A stretch of DNA of 64,000 nucleotides. Source: Octopus bimaculoides (Eukaryota). Positions 52,440-64,000 of this stretch are shown piece by piece. A model generated the notes under the pieces. The model worked only from the letters and a program-made list of their open reading frames with translations, was not told where the DNA came from and did no database searches. The stretch lies in assembly GCF_001194135.2 (NCBI RefSeq), contig NC_068995.1:22040241-22104240 (forward strand). Direction: 5' to 3'. The stretch's first letter is position 1. Each line of letters begins with the position of its first letter. A program made the position numbers and the translations under genes.

Positions 52440-52975
52440 GTCGTCCTCTATCTTTCTATCTATCCCTCTGTCCTGGCATCTACTTCACTGCTATACCCTT
52501 CTGTACATTCATCCTTGTTCCACTTCCTCCCTCCACCATCCTCTCTGCTCTCGTGTGACCTGTGGTCAGCATTCTTTTCACTCGAGCCGCTGTGGAGGCA
52601 AGACGAACTACTAGCGTTCTACCTCAGGTTCGCGTTTGGCCGTACGGCTTTTGAATGTTGTTTTCACTGTCCAATTATTCCTGTCTTGGTTTGTGTTTGC
52701 CACCTTGGAATCCTCTGTGTAGTGGGTTGTTCCACTACTCTGGAAGAGACTATTCTAGAGTACGTTCTGTCTTATCTTCGAAACGTCAGGTTAGAATAGA
52801 GACAGCTGATCAAGGAATATTCCAAGTGGCTTTCCGTTTTCCTATGTGTTCGTTCCGTTGTCTGTAGTACATTGTTCTAACGTCCTGTACTCTGATATGC
52901 ATATATATACACATGTAGATGTAAGTATGTACATATATGTGTGTATACATGTATATATATTATTTGTATTATATN
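52440..52975 (+). mobile_element. Probable 3' terminal region (pLTR) of the PLE
   Basis: It follows the PLE ORF in the same orientation, has a pyrimidine-rich tract, contains TTCGAAACGTCAGG..CTGATCAAGG and ends in (AT)n. Confidence 0.5.
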
Positions 52976-53946
52976 NNNNNNNNNNNNNNNNNNNNNNNNN
53001 NNNNNNNNNNNNNNNNNNNNNNNNNNNNNNNNNNNNNNNNNNNNNNNNNNNNNNNNNNNNNNNNNNNNNNNNNNNNNNNNNNNNNNNNNNNNNNNNNNNN
53101 NNNNNNNNNNNNNNNNNNNNNNNNNNNNNNNNNNNNNNNNNNNNNNNNNNNNNNNNNNNNNNNNNNNNNNNNNNNNNNNNNNNNNNNNNNNNNNNNNNNN
53201 NNNNNNNNNNNNNNNNNNNNNNNNNNNNNNNNNNNNNNNNNNNNNNNNNNNNNNNNNNNNNNNNNNNNNNNNNGTTGTACTTAAAATGTTTGAGGCACCA
53301 GAATTTGGTAGGATAAAAACCAAAAACAAAATCAAGAGATTTGGTGAATAAAATTTGAAGTTAAGCAACCAACATTCAATAGGTCATAGCAGTACGTACG
53401 TTTCGTACAAGCTCCATTTATTCGTGTAGTGAGAACACCACAGAAAATACAATGAAAATGTACTCCTCAGCTGCATAATGGAATATCATTTTAGAAAGTC
53501 ATTTTGAAGATGTTTGCAAATAACAAGAGTAAGAGAAGAAAACATACCATCTCGACCATGCTGCTGTCAGCTAAAAGAATTCGCATTTGCAGCCAACCAT
53601 GAAGAAGAAGTTAGCGATCAGCCGGTACCAGGACAGCCATCCACTATCATTCATAGCAGTCAAACAAACACACTCTGCAGCCAAACATGAATCTCTCAAC
53701 TGCTACAAAATTCAAATCAATACGGACGGATAGGTTGATCTTAAAGTCGATGCTTTTGAACTAACGGAGACAACACTTGAAATCCCGTGAGGAAACACAA
53801 CTGGATTTCATTATGCAAATAAAAAGTTGCCTAATCAAATACCTGTACTTTTGGAGAAACTCGTGGAGATATTTGTCGTGATTAAAAGACAAATGTCCAA
53901 CCGTACTCCTTCTTGTTGACTCCAATTTCTTTAATGTGATATATAT

Positions 53947-54301
53947 GAAGGCGCAAGAATTGTGAAGGTGCGTGGCTGTGAAGACGCGTGACTTACTGGT
54001 TAGGGTATTCGGCTCACGATCGTAGGGTCATGAGTTCGATTCCCGGCATCGTATTTTGTCCTTGAACAAAACATCTTATTTCATGTTGTTCCAGTCCACT
54101 CAACAGGCAAAAATAAGTAGTACCTCTATCTCAAAGGGGCAGACGTGTCACACTCGCTGTCACGCTGTATCTCCCTGAGGAGTATGTGAAGGGGTACGCG
54201 TGTGTATGAAGTGCTCAGCCACTTGCAAGTTAATCTACCGAGCAAGGTGTTCCGTTGATCGGATCAGCTGGAAACCTCGTCGTCGTAAGCGACGGAGTGC
54301 C
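53947..54301 (+). mobile_element. tRNA-derived SINE with stuttered 5' head
   Basis: B-box GAGTTCGATTCCC; body shared with the SINE at 1607; 3' end CGTCGTAAGCGACGGAGTGCCA. Confidence 0.8.
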
Positions 54302-54434
54302 AGCGCAGGAGTGGCAGTGTGGTAAGTAGCTTGCTTACCAACCACATGGTTCCGGGTTCAGTCCTACTGCGTGGCACCTTGGGAAAGTGTCTTCTACTAT
54401 AGCCTCGGGCCAACCAAAGCCTTGNNNNNNNNNN

Positions 54435-54474
<40 letters not shown>

Positions 54475-54618
54475 CATGTGTGTGTGTGTGTGTCTGTGTG
54501 TGTCCCCCTTGCATTGCTTGACAACCGATGCTGGTGTGTGTATGTCCCCGTAACTTAGCGGTTCGGCAAAATAGACCGATAGAATAAGTACTGGGCTTAC
54601 AAAGAATAAGTCCTGGGG
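54302..54618 (+). mobile_element. SINE with internal (TA)/(TG)n
   Basis: GCGCAGGAGTGGCAGTGTGGTAAGTAGCTTGCTTACCAACCACATGGTTCCGGGTTCAGTCC..GTAACTTAGCGGTTCGGCAAAA..AAAGAATAAGTCCTGGGG. Confidence 0.9.
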
Positions 54619-54789
54619 AAACAAAACCGTGTTGGATGGTGAATTTGTTTACATTATACTATATTATATTCTGGGTATATATGAAGTTCGTATATTCGTA
54701 TGCTGAGTTCATCAGAGGGACCTGTTTCTCCTATGTGTTGAGTCCTTGTGTTGTATATATTCAATGTTCACATTCAGAGAAATAAACTA

Positions 54790-55190
54790 TCACTGTTGGT
54801 TTGGTGGCGTGGCTGGATGTCCCTCTTTAATGTGTTAAATATTGTATGTGTATGCAAGTAAAGAAGGTTTCATCCCTAATATTTAAAATGACATCTCTAT
54901 GACATTTAGCTTTTCTGTGAAACTACGCTCACAATTGATATTGCGTACTATGTATGTTCTTGCTTTAGCAATGATGGTCCATGTTATGTGCGTGTTGTTT
55001 ACGCCGCGTTCTTTCAATCTCCACATCATATTTGATAGTGATGTCATATTTGTTTTTATTTTTGTCCCTGAATGTATACATAATTGGGGCCTTAGCCCCA
55101 TGATAGAATCATAAGGTACTTTGGAACTTTTCATAATACTGGGCACGGTCTGTATTCATCAACTTCGAACGAATGTGAGGTTATTTGGAT
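54790..55190 (-). mobile_element. Second Penelope-like element, GIY-YIG C-terminal fragment
   Basis: ORF 54883..55146(-): TSLSNMMWRLKERGVNNTHITWTIIAKARTY..NCERSFTEKLNVI (resembling TELSKYIWxLKxKxxNYxIxWxIxAKAxxY..CxLCLTEKLxII). Confidence 0.65.
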
Positions 55191-56839
55191 CTTGCCGATA
55201 TATGAACCTGTAGTGAAGAGAACTAGTATGATTGCTGTGAAGCAATCAACATATATACACATATGCATATATATGTGCATGCATATATACATTTATACAT
55301 ACATATATACGTAGATGAATGCATATACATATATGCTTATATATATGTACATGTGTACTTACATCCTATTTTCACTTCCACATATGTTATTACTATATAT
55401 GCCTTCTAAAAACCTTTTATTATTTTTTTTATATATATCTGAACACACTTGAATATATTTTATATCCTATTTGCCCTGAAACCAAGTTCCATTTTTTCTG
55501 TACAGTTTAAATAGTCATTTTTCTTTCACACAAAATGTTCCTCCTTTTCTCGTTTTTTTTTCTTTTTCGCCTCTTAATAATTCTCCCTAAACCTACATTT
55601 TTACCAGCATTATGAAACTAACAGTCTTTATGTACTTGCCTTTCGTATGTCACAAGTTTACTAAGATTTACTCTAGACACACAAGCCAACAATAAATGGT
55701 AGTTTTCTTAAAGTAACTTTGCGGATAATGTTTCAGAATTTTACTTTAATATTAGTATCATCATTCGCAATAAACATTACTTTTTTTATTTTGATAACAC
55801 AAAGTTTTACTCGCAGAATCCTGCTTTTAGTGACATTTACTTTTATACAGATAAACTTTTATTTACTTAAAAGCATATTAGTAAAATAGTGTTTGTTTTG
55901 TTCATTCGAAAAAAAATGTTACATTTTTCACAAAATTTATGAGCCTCTATTTTTATGTGCTTAGTTCTTGTAATTGAATTAATAAAAACAACAATCTTAT
56001 ATGTTTGATTGTAACATTATTCTGTTGTTCTTAAAATTATATGTATACAACTGGAATATAATTTAAGAGAACTTATAAAAATGTTCAATATAACTCACTA
56101 ACATTTCCATTCAGTATTATATTTTTAGTAGATTAAATTTATAATCCTTTAAGCATACCTCGATTATACATTTTTGAAAACAGTTTCGCAAGAAAACAAA
56201 TATCACCCTTAAGCCTGTATTGCATACGGCTTTAACATTTTGTTCCTTTCCGTATCTTCGAAATTTCATTGACTCAAAGTATTCAGTCGATCTATGTTAT
56301 GCAATTTAAATCTTTAAATTATTTTTTTAATACAATATTAGATAAAATTATTGTAGTGCTTGATTGTTTTACAACTTTGTGAAAATAAAACCCCAGGTTT
56401 CAACATATATTTGGGAGGAGGTATTTCCCAATAAACATGAAACATACATTGATTATATATCAATTCATGTTTTTAGCATTATAAATCAACTAGTTCAATA
56501 ACTAACAAATTAACTAATCTAATCTAATAAACAAAGTGGTCTTAGGTGATCCTTTTGTTTAATAGTGTACATTCGTTGCTACGCGGATAGTTGACATTAT
56601 TTTCAAAACAAAATTTATTTCCATTAATATTACTTTTTATGAGATTATAGGAAAAGTCAAGCTGCAAATTTTATACTAAAATAGCTAATCCTGCCCATTG
56701 ACATACCACGTTTTAAAAGTTCTCTTTAGTAAACACTATTACTAATAAATATTAAAATGTCTGAAAAATTGCATAGTCTTTATTGTTTACCACTTGGTCA
56801 CCCCTGAGGGATTAGAGATTTAACGAAAAATATTACGAC

Positions 56840-57400
56840 TATAATCATATCATGCCGCCTTCAATTCAAGTCTCAGTGTATGTAGGAGCCTTGGATCCGC
56901 TATGTTCATCGCTTTAAAGTTGTTTAAGCGTGATGTAGACACGTTTGTATAATGTGCTTTGGATGTCCACAACAGCGTAGAGACTTCTCTTCACTGACTT
57001 CTAAACTACGAATGTTGCACTAATTTTGACGAGTTCTTCTTCCAAGATTGTCACATTATCAACACTCTTCTGGTAATGCTTTATGGTAATATAAGGAGAT
57101 GCTTTTCCGTTAAGAGAAAAAAAGTCTCCTATTAGTTTTATTTATAGAATACTATCACGTGATAACAGATATTCACATGCACATTTTCTTCGCGCTATTT
57201 TTCAAATCTAGTGATTATAAACTATATTCATCTGGATCATTATTCTTCGCACGAAACTCTTCAACAGATGCGATTACTGCCGAATCATTCCTCTTGAAAT
57301 TGACCAAACATCGTTTCTTAGTAGACTTTGTACTATATCATGTCCAGATTCAACTAAAATAATCTCGGTTATATCATTTAAGGGAAATTGATTTTTAGAG
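56840..57400 (-). mobile_element. Possible decayed pogo/Tigger-like transposase remnant
   Basis: Weak minus-strand pieces (VNFKRN..SLDLKIA; SVKRSLYAVV..LYKRVYITLKQ) with many stops. Confidence 0.25.
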
Positions 57401-59201
57401 TCCCTTTTTCTTTTCATATGAAATTATATATGACATATGAAGAGTAAATTCGGTTTATTTCTCCAAATTTGCTTAAATGAATATTTTAAAATTTTCTTTT
57501 GTATTAAAATATACATTTTTCAAATATAAGTACTCATAGGCAGAATGAATAGTTAATTGCGTTTGGAAAACTCCGTAAGAAAAAAAAATGTTTTATAGTT
57601 TCATAATAAAATATAGTTCGGATTCCCTCGAGTAATTCGCAAAAGTTTTACAACTTGTGAAGAGAATACCGATGGTTATGGAGTCGACAACATTCACCAA
57701 AATATCTGATTAGTTTATCGAATATAAATTTTGCAACTCAGAATATAAATAATCACTAGACTTGCAAATATTTCATCTCTCATCCTATAACGCTTTTAGC
57801 AATTTTTTTCTGTATCTAGTGGGGATATCCAGAGATATATTTACAAACTACATTCTTGAAGATATAAAATACGTAATCAAATTAATTATTTCCAATACAA
57901 AGTTATTCAAAAAATTCGTCCTCTTTATTTATACATTCATTTTGCTTTTGTTACGATGTTTTTGTTGTCGTTCATTGTTAAAAAAAAACTGCTTCAGGAA
58001 AACATAAAGAAATGTAGTACATGTCAGAATTAATAAAATATAAACATGAGTATATTTCCTTTCGTTCGTTTCTTGGACACAAACATAATAGATGCTTGAG
58101 TGGACACGAAAGCTGGAAAGATGAATGAGATACATTTTTTCTCAAATTAGTTTCCCAACTTTCTTTATTTTGGACGTTCGTTGCAGGAGACGTTGATTCT
58201 GATAATTATCCAAACGTGACTAATGTCATCGTTGCAAGAGCTTAATTAACGTGCAACAAATGACAGCTGCTTATTGCAGTTAAATAAGGAAGATATCTCT
58301 TTCAAATCACGACAGAATGTTTCATTATATAATATTGTTCCAGATACATTTCAAGTGTATATAATGTGTTTGTGTCTACCTGTGTCTTTATGTATCAGTG
58401 TTTACTATAAATGGTCACAATATCACATATCAAGTCAATTAAAAACCATTTCCCATTGGTCGAATCTATATATACTTCCCATGAAACAATTTCAGTTCTC
58501 TATACATACGTTACTAACTGTATTTATCCTCCTACCTATCCCTCTGTCCATCTCTATATATAATGTATCTCAATATCTATCTATATTCTATGTATGTGTG
58601 TATTTATGTATCTATGTATCTATCTATGTTTATCTCTCAAAGTGTGCATTTTAGTGTATTTGTAATGTTTTTATTCAAGTCGTGTCTGTGAGTCAATCCT
58701 CGCAGTTTTTGATTCTATCATATCGAATATGATACATAGCAACTATAAGAACTTGATTAGTTATATATGGTAGCCCTTGTCAGGCAAGGTAATTCTTGCA
58801 AGATGTCGACGCTTGGTTTTGGGGGTGGGGTTTCTCTCTCCTGTAAATTCTTCCTATTTGCTACTTTCCGAGATTATGAACTACGTTTTAATAGCAACAC
58901 CAACGTCCTTGTTTATCTGAAAAACTGGTTATGTAGAGTTGTATGTGTAAGCGTTTATTTTGAAGACATAGTAATCTAATGAAGTGAAGATTTTCAGGTT
59001 GATACATTCACCGTCTGGAATAATTTCTTGATAATGTCATTATATCTGTAAATTTAACTGTTGCCTCTCGGAAATGAATAGATTATATTTCTCTGTATGA
59101 CACACTGCTAATAATAAAAATTAAACTTTCCATGTCCTAAATTGAATTTTCCTGCTTTAATGCAAAGAATTTGGCCTCGCACAAATCGAAAAGGTTAAAT
59201 G

Positions 59202-59497
59202 TACGAGGGGTGCTGAAAAGTTCATGTCTTTATGTAAAAGAAAATACAAGGGGATTAGTTAATTATGGATTTATTCAGCATATACCCGTCTCAGATGCAC
59301 ACATCTATTACCGTGGTACTTCAGTTTTTTCTAAGTCCTCTAAAAGAACGCAGGATATTGGACCGTTAACCAAGCCTTTCGTGATAGCCATAAAGCCAAG
59401 AGCGTTTCAGTACCCCTAAGTAAATAAGTGAAGTTAGACATCATACTGTTATAGAATATAGCAACAAAGAACCTGGAGTACTTATCAGCAGCTCATA
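59202..59497. mobile_element. Mariner-derived MITE
   Basis: Left TIR TACGAGGGGTGCTGAAAAGTTC; degenerate right TIR GTACTTATCAGCAGCTCATA, with a local TATCAGCAGCTCA duplication. Confidence 0.6.
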
Positions 59498-59586
59498 TCA
59501 GCAGCTCAATCAGATTGGCCAAATGCTCACCCATGAATTTCAATAAAATTTAGTTATTATACAGTTATTATACTATGATGCGTGAT

Positions 59587-59661
<75 letters not shown>

Positions 59662-61160
59662 AGAAATATGCATAACATCTAACAAATATCGTTGGAAAAA
59701 TTTACGGTGAATAAGATCTTTAGAACAAGGTGAAGTTTTAGTTTCTAGAACTTAACAATGTACCTTCGCTGCAAGATCAAAATCTCCAGCTTGCTTGTTT
59801 TTATACGAGAGAAAGTAAGACAATTTCAGTTCTCCCCAGACATCAGTATATACCTGTACATACAAAATATTTTTGTTGCCCTTTTCAATGACCAATTTGT
59901 AGTGAGAATGTGTATATCACAAATAAATTCGCCCAAGATTTCAGAATTCAGTGTTTTTGCAAGTTGATCGTGTGTATATCTAATTTAATATACACACGCG
60001 TTCAAGAGTTTGAATTACTTTATTAACACTCTAGTAGTAATACGATACTCACATAGAGTTTTTGATCCATGTTTTGTTCAATTGTAAAGGAATCAAATTT
60101 CATAAGTTTATACCAATATCTGAACTCTCTCTTAGCAACTTTTACTTTTAAATCTACCTCATGATTCCCATAGTAAACTTTCTCTATCATAGATGCTTAT
60201 TAAATAAGCATTTCGTTAAAAATGCGACAAAACAACTTCTAATACTCAAAATCAATATAGTATATTTTCAACATCTTAACTGAGACAAAAGAAGCAAGAA
60301 TTAATTTGGAATAGCCATATGTCTCCATGAATATAACATAATCTACAACAATAACTATGAAATTATAAATGTCATAAAACAATGTACATAAATATTTTAC
60401 ATTTATTTTATGCTCTTAATTTTAATCCATTAACTTTAATATTCCATAGTATGACAATAAAAATGCTAGCAACTGTCATTAAGAGGTAAATTTCGATTAA
60501 TAGAAAAAAAGTTTTGAATAAGTCATTCGGTAAATCCTCACCTCTCTAAATTAGTCAAGAATTTCTGATTTTGCAACCGATATTTGATAAAATTATCTGT
60601 AGAATGTTCTAGTTTATACATGTTTCATCAATGTGCAAAGAAGTCAGAGATGTATGAAGGATAAATATGTCCTCATTTGTCTAAAAGCTTCAAATTTTTT
60701 CAGTCCAATATAATGGCTATTCTGATTTCAAGAAATTAATTTTCATTCTCTTGAAACCTTTTCAATGAGTGTTACTAACATCTGCCACACACTGGTCTTC
60801 ATAAGCTTGTTACAACCCTTATTCAGCGTATCACTGCTCAAATGGGTTTAATATAGGGGACAGTAGGTATACTTTCTTGATCTCACGGCTATAGATTAAA
60901 CGTACGTAGACTCAAATATCTAACATTGTGCTCCTCATTGGAGGTGACAGCCTGAATATGTTCCAGTGAACTGGTTGACCACAGAAATGTGTTTTCTGGA
61001 TGCAATTTACTCGGAAGAAAATAGCATATCCTTACGTTACTACTATTCTGTAACTGTTAATGTCCAGGTGGTATACGTAAGGAAGATAAAAAAAAGAAAC
61101 CAAATCGTTTTATGTTGGCTCAACTATAGCAACGCAATACAGTGGACGCATCTGTATCTA

Positions 61161-62966
61161 CCAGGTTAAGTCAAAGTTGCTTTTAGTATTTCAACCTTTT
61201 TTTTTACTAGTGAAAACAAATTACATGTGAAAAAGCAATTATTCATCAAGATGTATCCCGTCACATTCTGTTATCTGTCAGAAGCTCAATTCCACGCATA
61301 TACCATTTCGTTGCTTTAGAGAAAAAATACACCCTGCACTCGTTTTGAACCTTTTCCGTCAGTCCGTATAGGAGATGAGCCATAGCTTGGAAAAGGTGGT
61401 ATTCTGATGGTGCAAATTCTGTACAGTATGCAAAATGAGGTAGCACTTTCAGCCCCTCAAGTTCTTAAAGTTTGCACTTGGTCATATTGGCATTGAGTGC
61501 TGGGGCAATATCAACTTGCTGGAGTGTGCAACTTTAATTTGCCAATTTCAGATAGCAGGGATTTCAAAACATAATATTTTCGCTGCAGATGCTGAGCATA
61601 AAAGTTAGCGTTCACAGCATGAACTAGCTCGAAGTGCGACATCTGGAAATTCCACCAAACACACAAAATCAACTTCTATTCAAAATGCCTTTGTTTGACA
61701 ACTCATTCTGAAACGTTGTTGGAAAAAAATACCCACAGACTTCTCTTATTAGGATTAGGAAAATACAGTGTCCGCCATAAGTAACTATATATTTCTTTTG
61801 CTTCTTACTTTGTTGATACTTATTCAATTTTTCTATTTCATATGTCATTTGAAAGCTGAAATCTTATATTTTTATTTCCTTTTTTACCCCTATTTCAGAT
61901 ATACTGTTATATCAATTATGTCCACACGATTAACAAAAGAGCAAAAGATTGTGGTTTTGAAATGGTTCTGCACAAAGTTATCTGGCAGCTCGAATTTCTT
62001 CCTTAAGTTCAGCAATGTTGCGGGACTTTGTTGAATAAGTCGGGTGGGGTCAAATCCGGCGAACGAGACGGCCACTCAAGCGGTCATCGCCTGCCAATCC
62101 ATCGACAGGGCGGTTTGGTGTCCAGACCTCTCGCACAAGCGTAGAATAATGGGCCGGTACCCCATCCTGCTGAAAGTACAGACCCTCTGATCCATCCTGC
62201 TGTTGTAATAACAGCAAAAGCAGCTTCTATAGCATAGTCAGATAACTTTGTGCAGAACCATTTTTGCTCTTGAAATGACATATGAAATAGAAAAATTGAA
62301 TAAGTATCAACTATGTTACAAGCAAAAGAAAATATATAGTTATTTATGGCGGACTTTGTACATATATTCTTAATCCCCAGTTCCAATCTGACGATAAAAA
62401 TGAGTAATTTCTAACATTTACCACCTGTTATTCGCAAATTTTCACACGTAGTTCAGTCTGATCACTGGTCTGTTTAGGAGGAGCTTGTCCACAGCGTCTA
62501 TTCACAAGGCTGAGCTTATGAAAGTGTCGATTGATATTGCCTTGTGAAGGACCAAGTTTTGCCGACGACTTAAGAATGCTTGTGATTGGCTATTGTTTGA
62601 ACATTTCAAGAAAGACTTCACGTTCCACAGAAGAAAGTCTTCCTGATTTTGATTTGTATTCAAAGATAGTGTCACCTTGTTTGAAACGTCCAAGCCAATT
62701 TTGTTCCACACGGTCGTTGACAATTGATAGTTTCTTCATATCATTATTTCCTTTGACGCTGATTTTTCACTACTACTTATCAAAGCTGTAAACTCTTGAA
62801 TAAACAAATAATATTTTATATATCATAAATGATAATATATGTAAATAAAGAATAAACATTTCAGCAACGACTGGAGAACAATTTGTATCAAATTAATGAT
62901 ATAACAGAGATACAAGTTGCCTAAAATCATCAGAGGAAATCCTAAGAGTCATGTGACTAAACCCAA
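61161..62966 (-). mobile_element. Decayed full-length mariner (DD34D-type), interrupted by a nested element
   Basis: Minus strand in order: DRVEQNWLGRFKQGDT..SGR..LGPSQGNINRHFHKL; QIGTGD; [insertion]; KLILCVWWNF; VLPHFAYCTEFAPSEYHLF; KWYMRGIELL. TIR-like CCAGGTTAAGTCA at 61161, with a degenerate match at ~62945-62966. Confidence 0.8.
61766..62358. mobile_element. Non-autonomous Tc1/mariner DD41D (rosa)-derived element, 593 bp, TA TSD
   Basis: TA|CAGTGTCCGCCATAAG ... TTATGGCGGACTTTG|TA with ~85-bp TIRs. The internal minus strand reads YFQQDGVPAH..WIGRR*PLEWPSRSPDLTPPD, giving 41 residues between Asp codons if one frameshifted codon is allowed. Confidence 0.85.
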
Positions 62967-64000
62967 TATACTCTCTTGAAAATATAATACTCTCTATTCG
63001 GTGGTAAAGTTAACTGCGTTTAGATGCCCACATTAAATATGGTGTACGATCGCTCAACCATGACCGAGAATTCAACATTTTCGAAAATAAATAAATATAT
63101 ATAATACTTTGCAAGATTTTATAGAACCCGTTCCGTTGGTCTTCTGTAGACAATTTGGAAATTTATCACCATTTCTCTTATGTGTTTGCCGCAGGAATTA
63201 TAAAGAAAATTTTACATCTTTGAACCTAGAATTCAGTCGTAAATTATGTTCTTCGAAATCAAATATGGATTGTTACCGAACGTAAATAGAGTGAGAGATA
63301 AATTATTAAATTATTAGAGCATCGAAATTCATCTGACGATTGTTGAGGTTCCTTTCACAACTGCAAACCATTCGCTCACAATCATTTTAGAAGTGAAATA
63401 GCCATTTCGCATGTAAATATTGTGATACAGGTAGACAATAAATACATTTTCCTAACATCAAAGGGATATATTTTCATTCATTTATATTTTCTGGAGGAGA
63501 GTTTTATTCACTTATTTTGTGAATCATGGTTTATCAGCGGGGTGTAAGCTGAATGATAAAACTGAACATAATCTGTAAAACATGTTTCGTAAAAATTATC
63601 TTGGCTGTCTGTAAAAATTTTGCGAATTCATAACTTTCTCGAGTACAACTGCGATGTTGGTATCAATAATTTCTTCAGTTCCAATTTATTTGAGAGTAAT
63701 TACTGAAATCATTGGAAAAAAAACAATCTCAACTACATTTCAGTAAGATCTCAAGTTCGAAATATTTAGTACTGAGTTGTGTACAAGCAAATTACGTGCA
63801 TGTATTTCCAATCATGTGATGTATTTAATAGTTATACTGTTAGAGTCACTATGTCTCTATTAAGGTGCTGAGATAAATATTGATATACACAATTCATTAC
63901 TTATCGTGTGTTTCAGTTATCGATAAGCATATACTAAATACAGAATTTACATTGCATATATCTTAATAAATGTGTAAACAAAGTTAAAAATGATATGTTG

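Noticed and set aside
54700-54740. CTGATGA near the second PLE fragment
   Set aside because: No matching stem II or GAAA arrangement could be built.
61080-61165. LVDTDAS on the minus strand resembling a retroviral aspartic protease
   Set aside because: The Gly of DTG is missing, there are no downstream protease or gag-pol motifs, and it overlaps the mariner terminus.

Overview
This is an AT-rich, microsatellite-dense eukaryotic window with many N-gaps, most flanked by (TA)n or other dinucleotide repeats. The SINE heads and repeat landscape resemble an octopus or other coleoid cephalopod genome; that is my recollection and is not verified. No host gene can be identified with confidence. There are only a few weak minus-strand exon candidates, and most ORFs in the track are microsatellite or gap artefacts. 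The window is a graveyard of mobile elements: (i) R4/Dong-like restriction-endonuclease (REL) retrotransposons sitting in (TAA)n arrays, with 3 pieces at 0.35-1.55 kb and 5 co-oriented copies at 30.5-40.4 kb; (ii) CR1/L2-type LINE fragments; (iii) a decayed Chapaev3-like transposase; (iv) Tc1/mariner members of the DD34D, DD37D (maT) and DD41D (rosa) types, including a nested insertion; (v) several MITEs (fold-back, Kolobok-like, piggyBac-like); (vi) tRNA-derived SINEs; (vii) Penelope-like elements (PLEs) and hammerhead-like PLE termini. The most unusual object is a decayed PLE at 49.15-52.0 kb. Its ORF appears to carry a Ulp1/SENP-type (C48) cysteine protease domain between the PLE N-terminal domain and the RT, preceded by a 2A-like NPGP motif.
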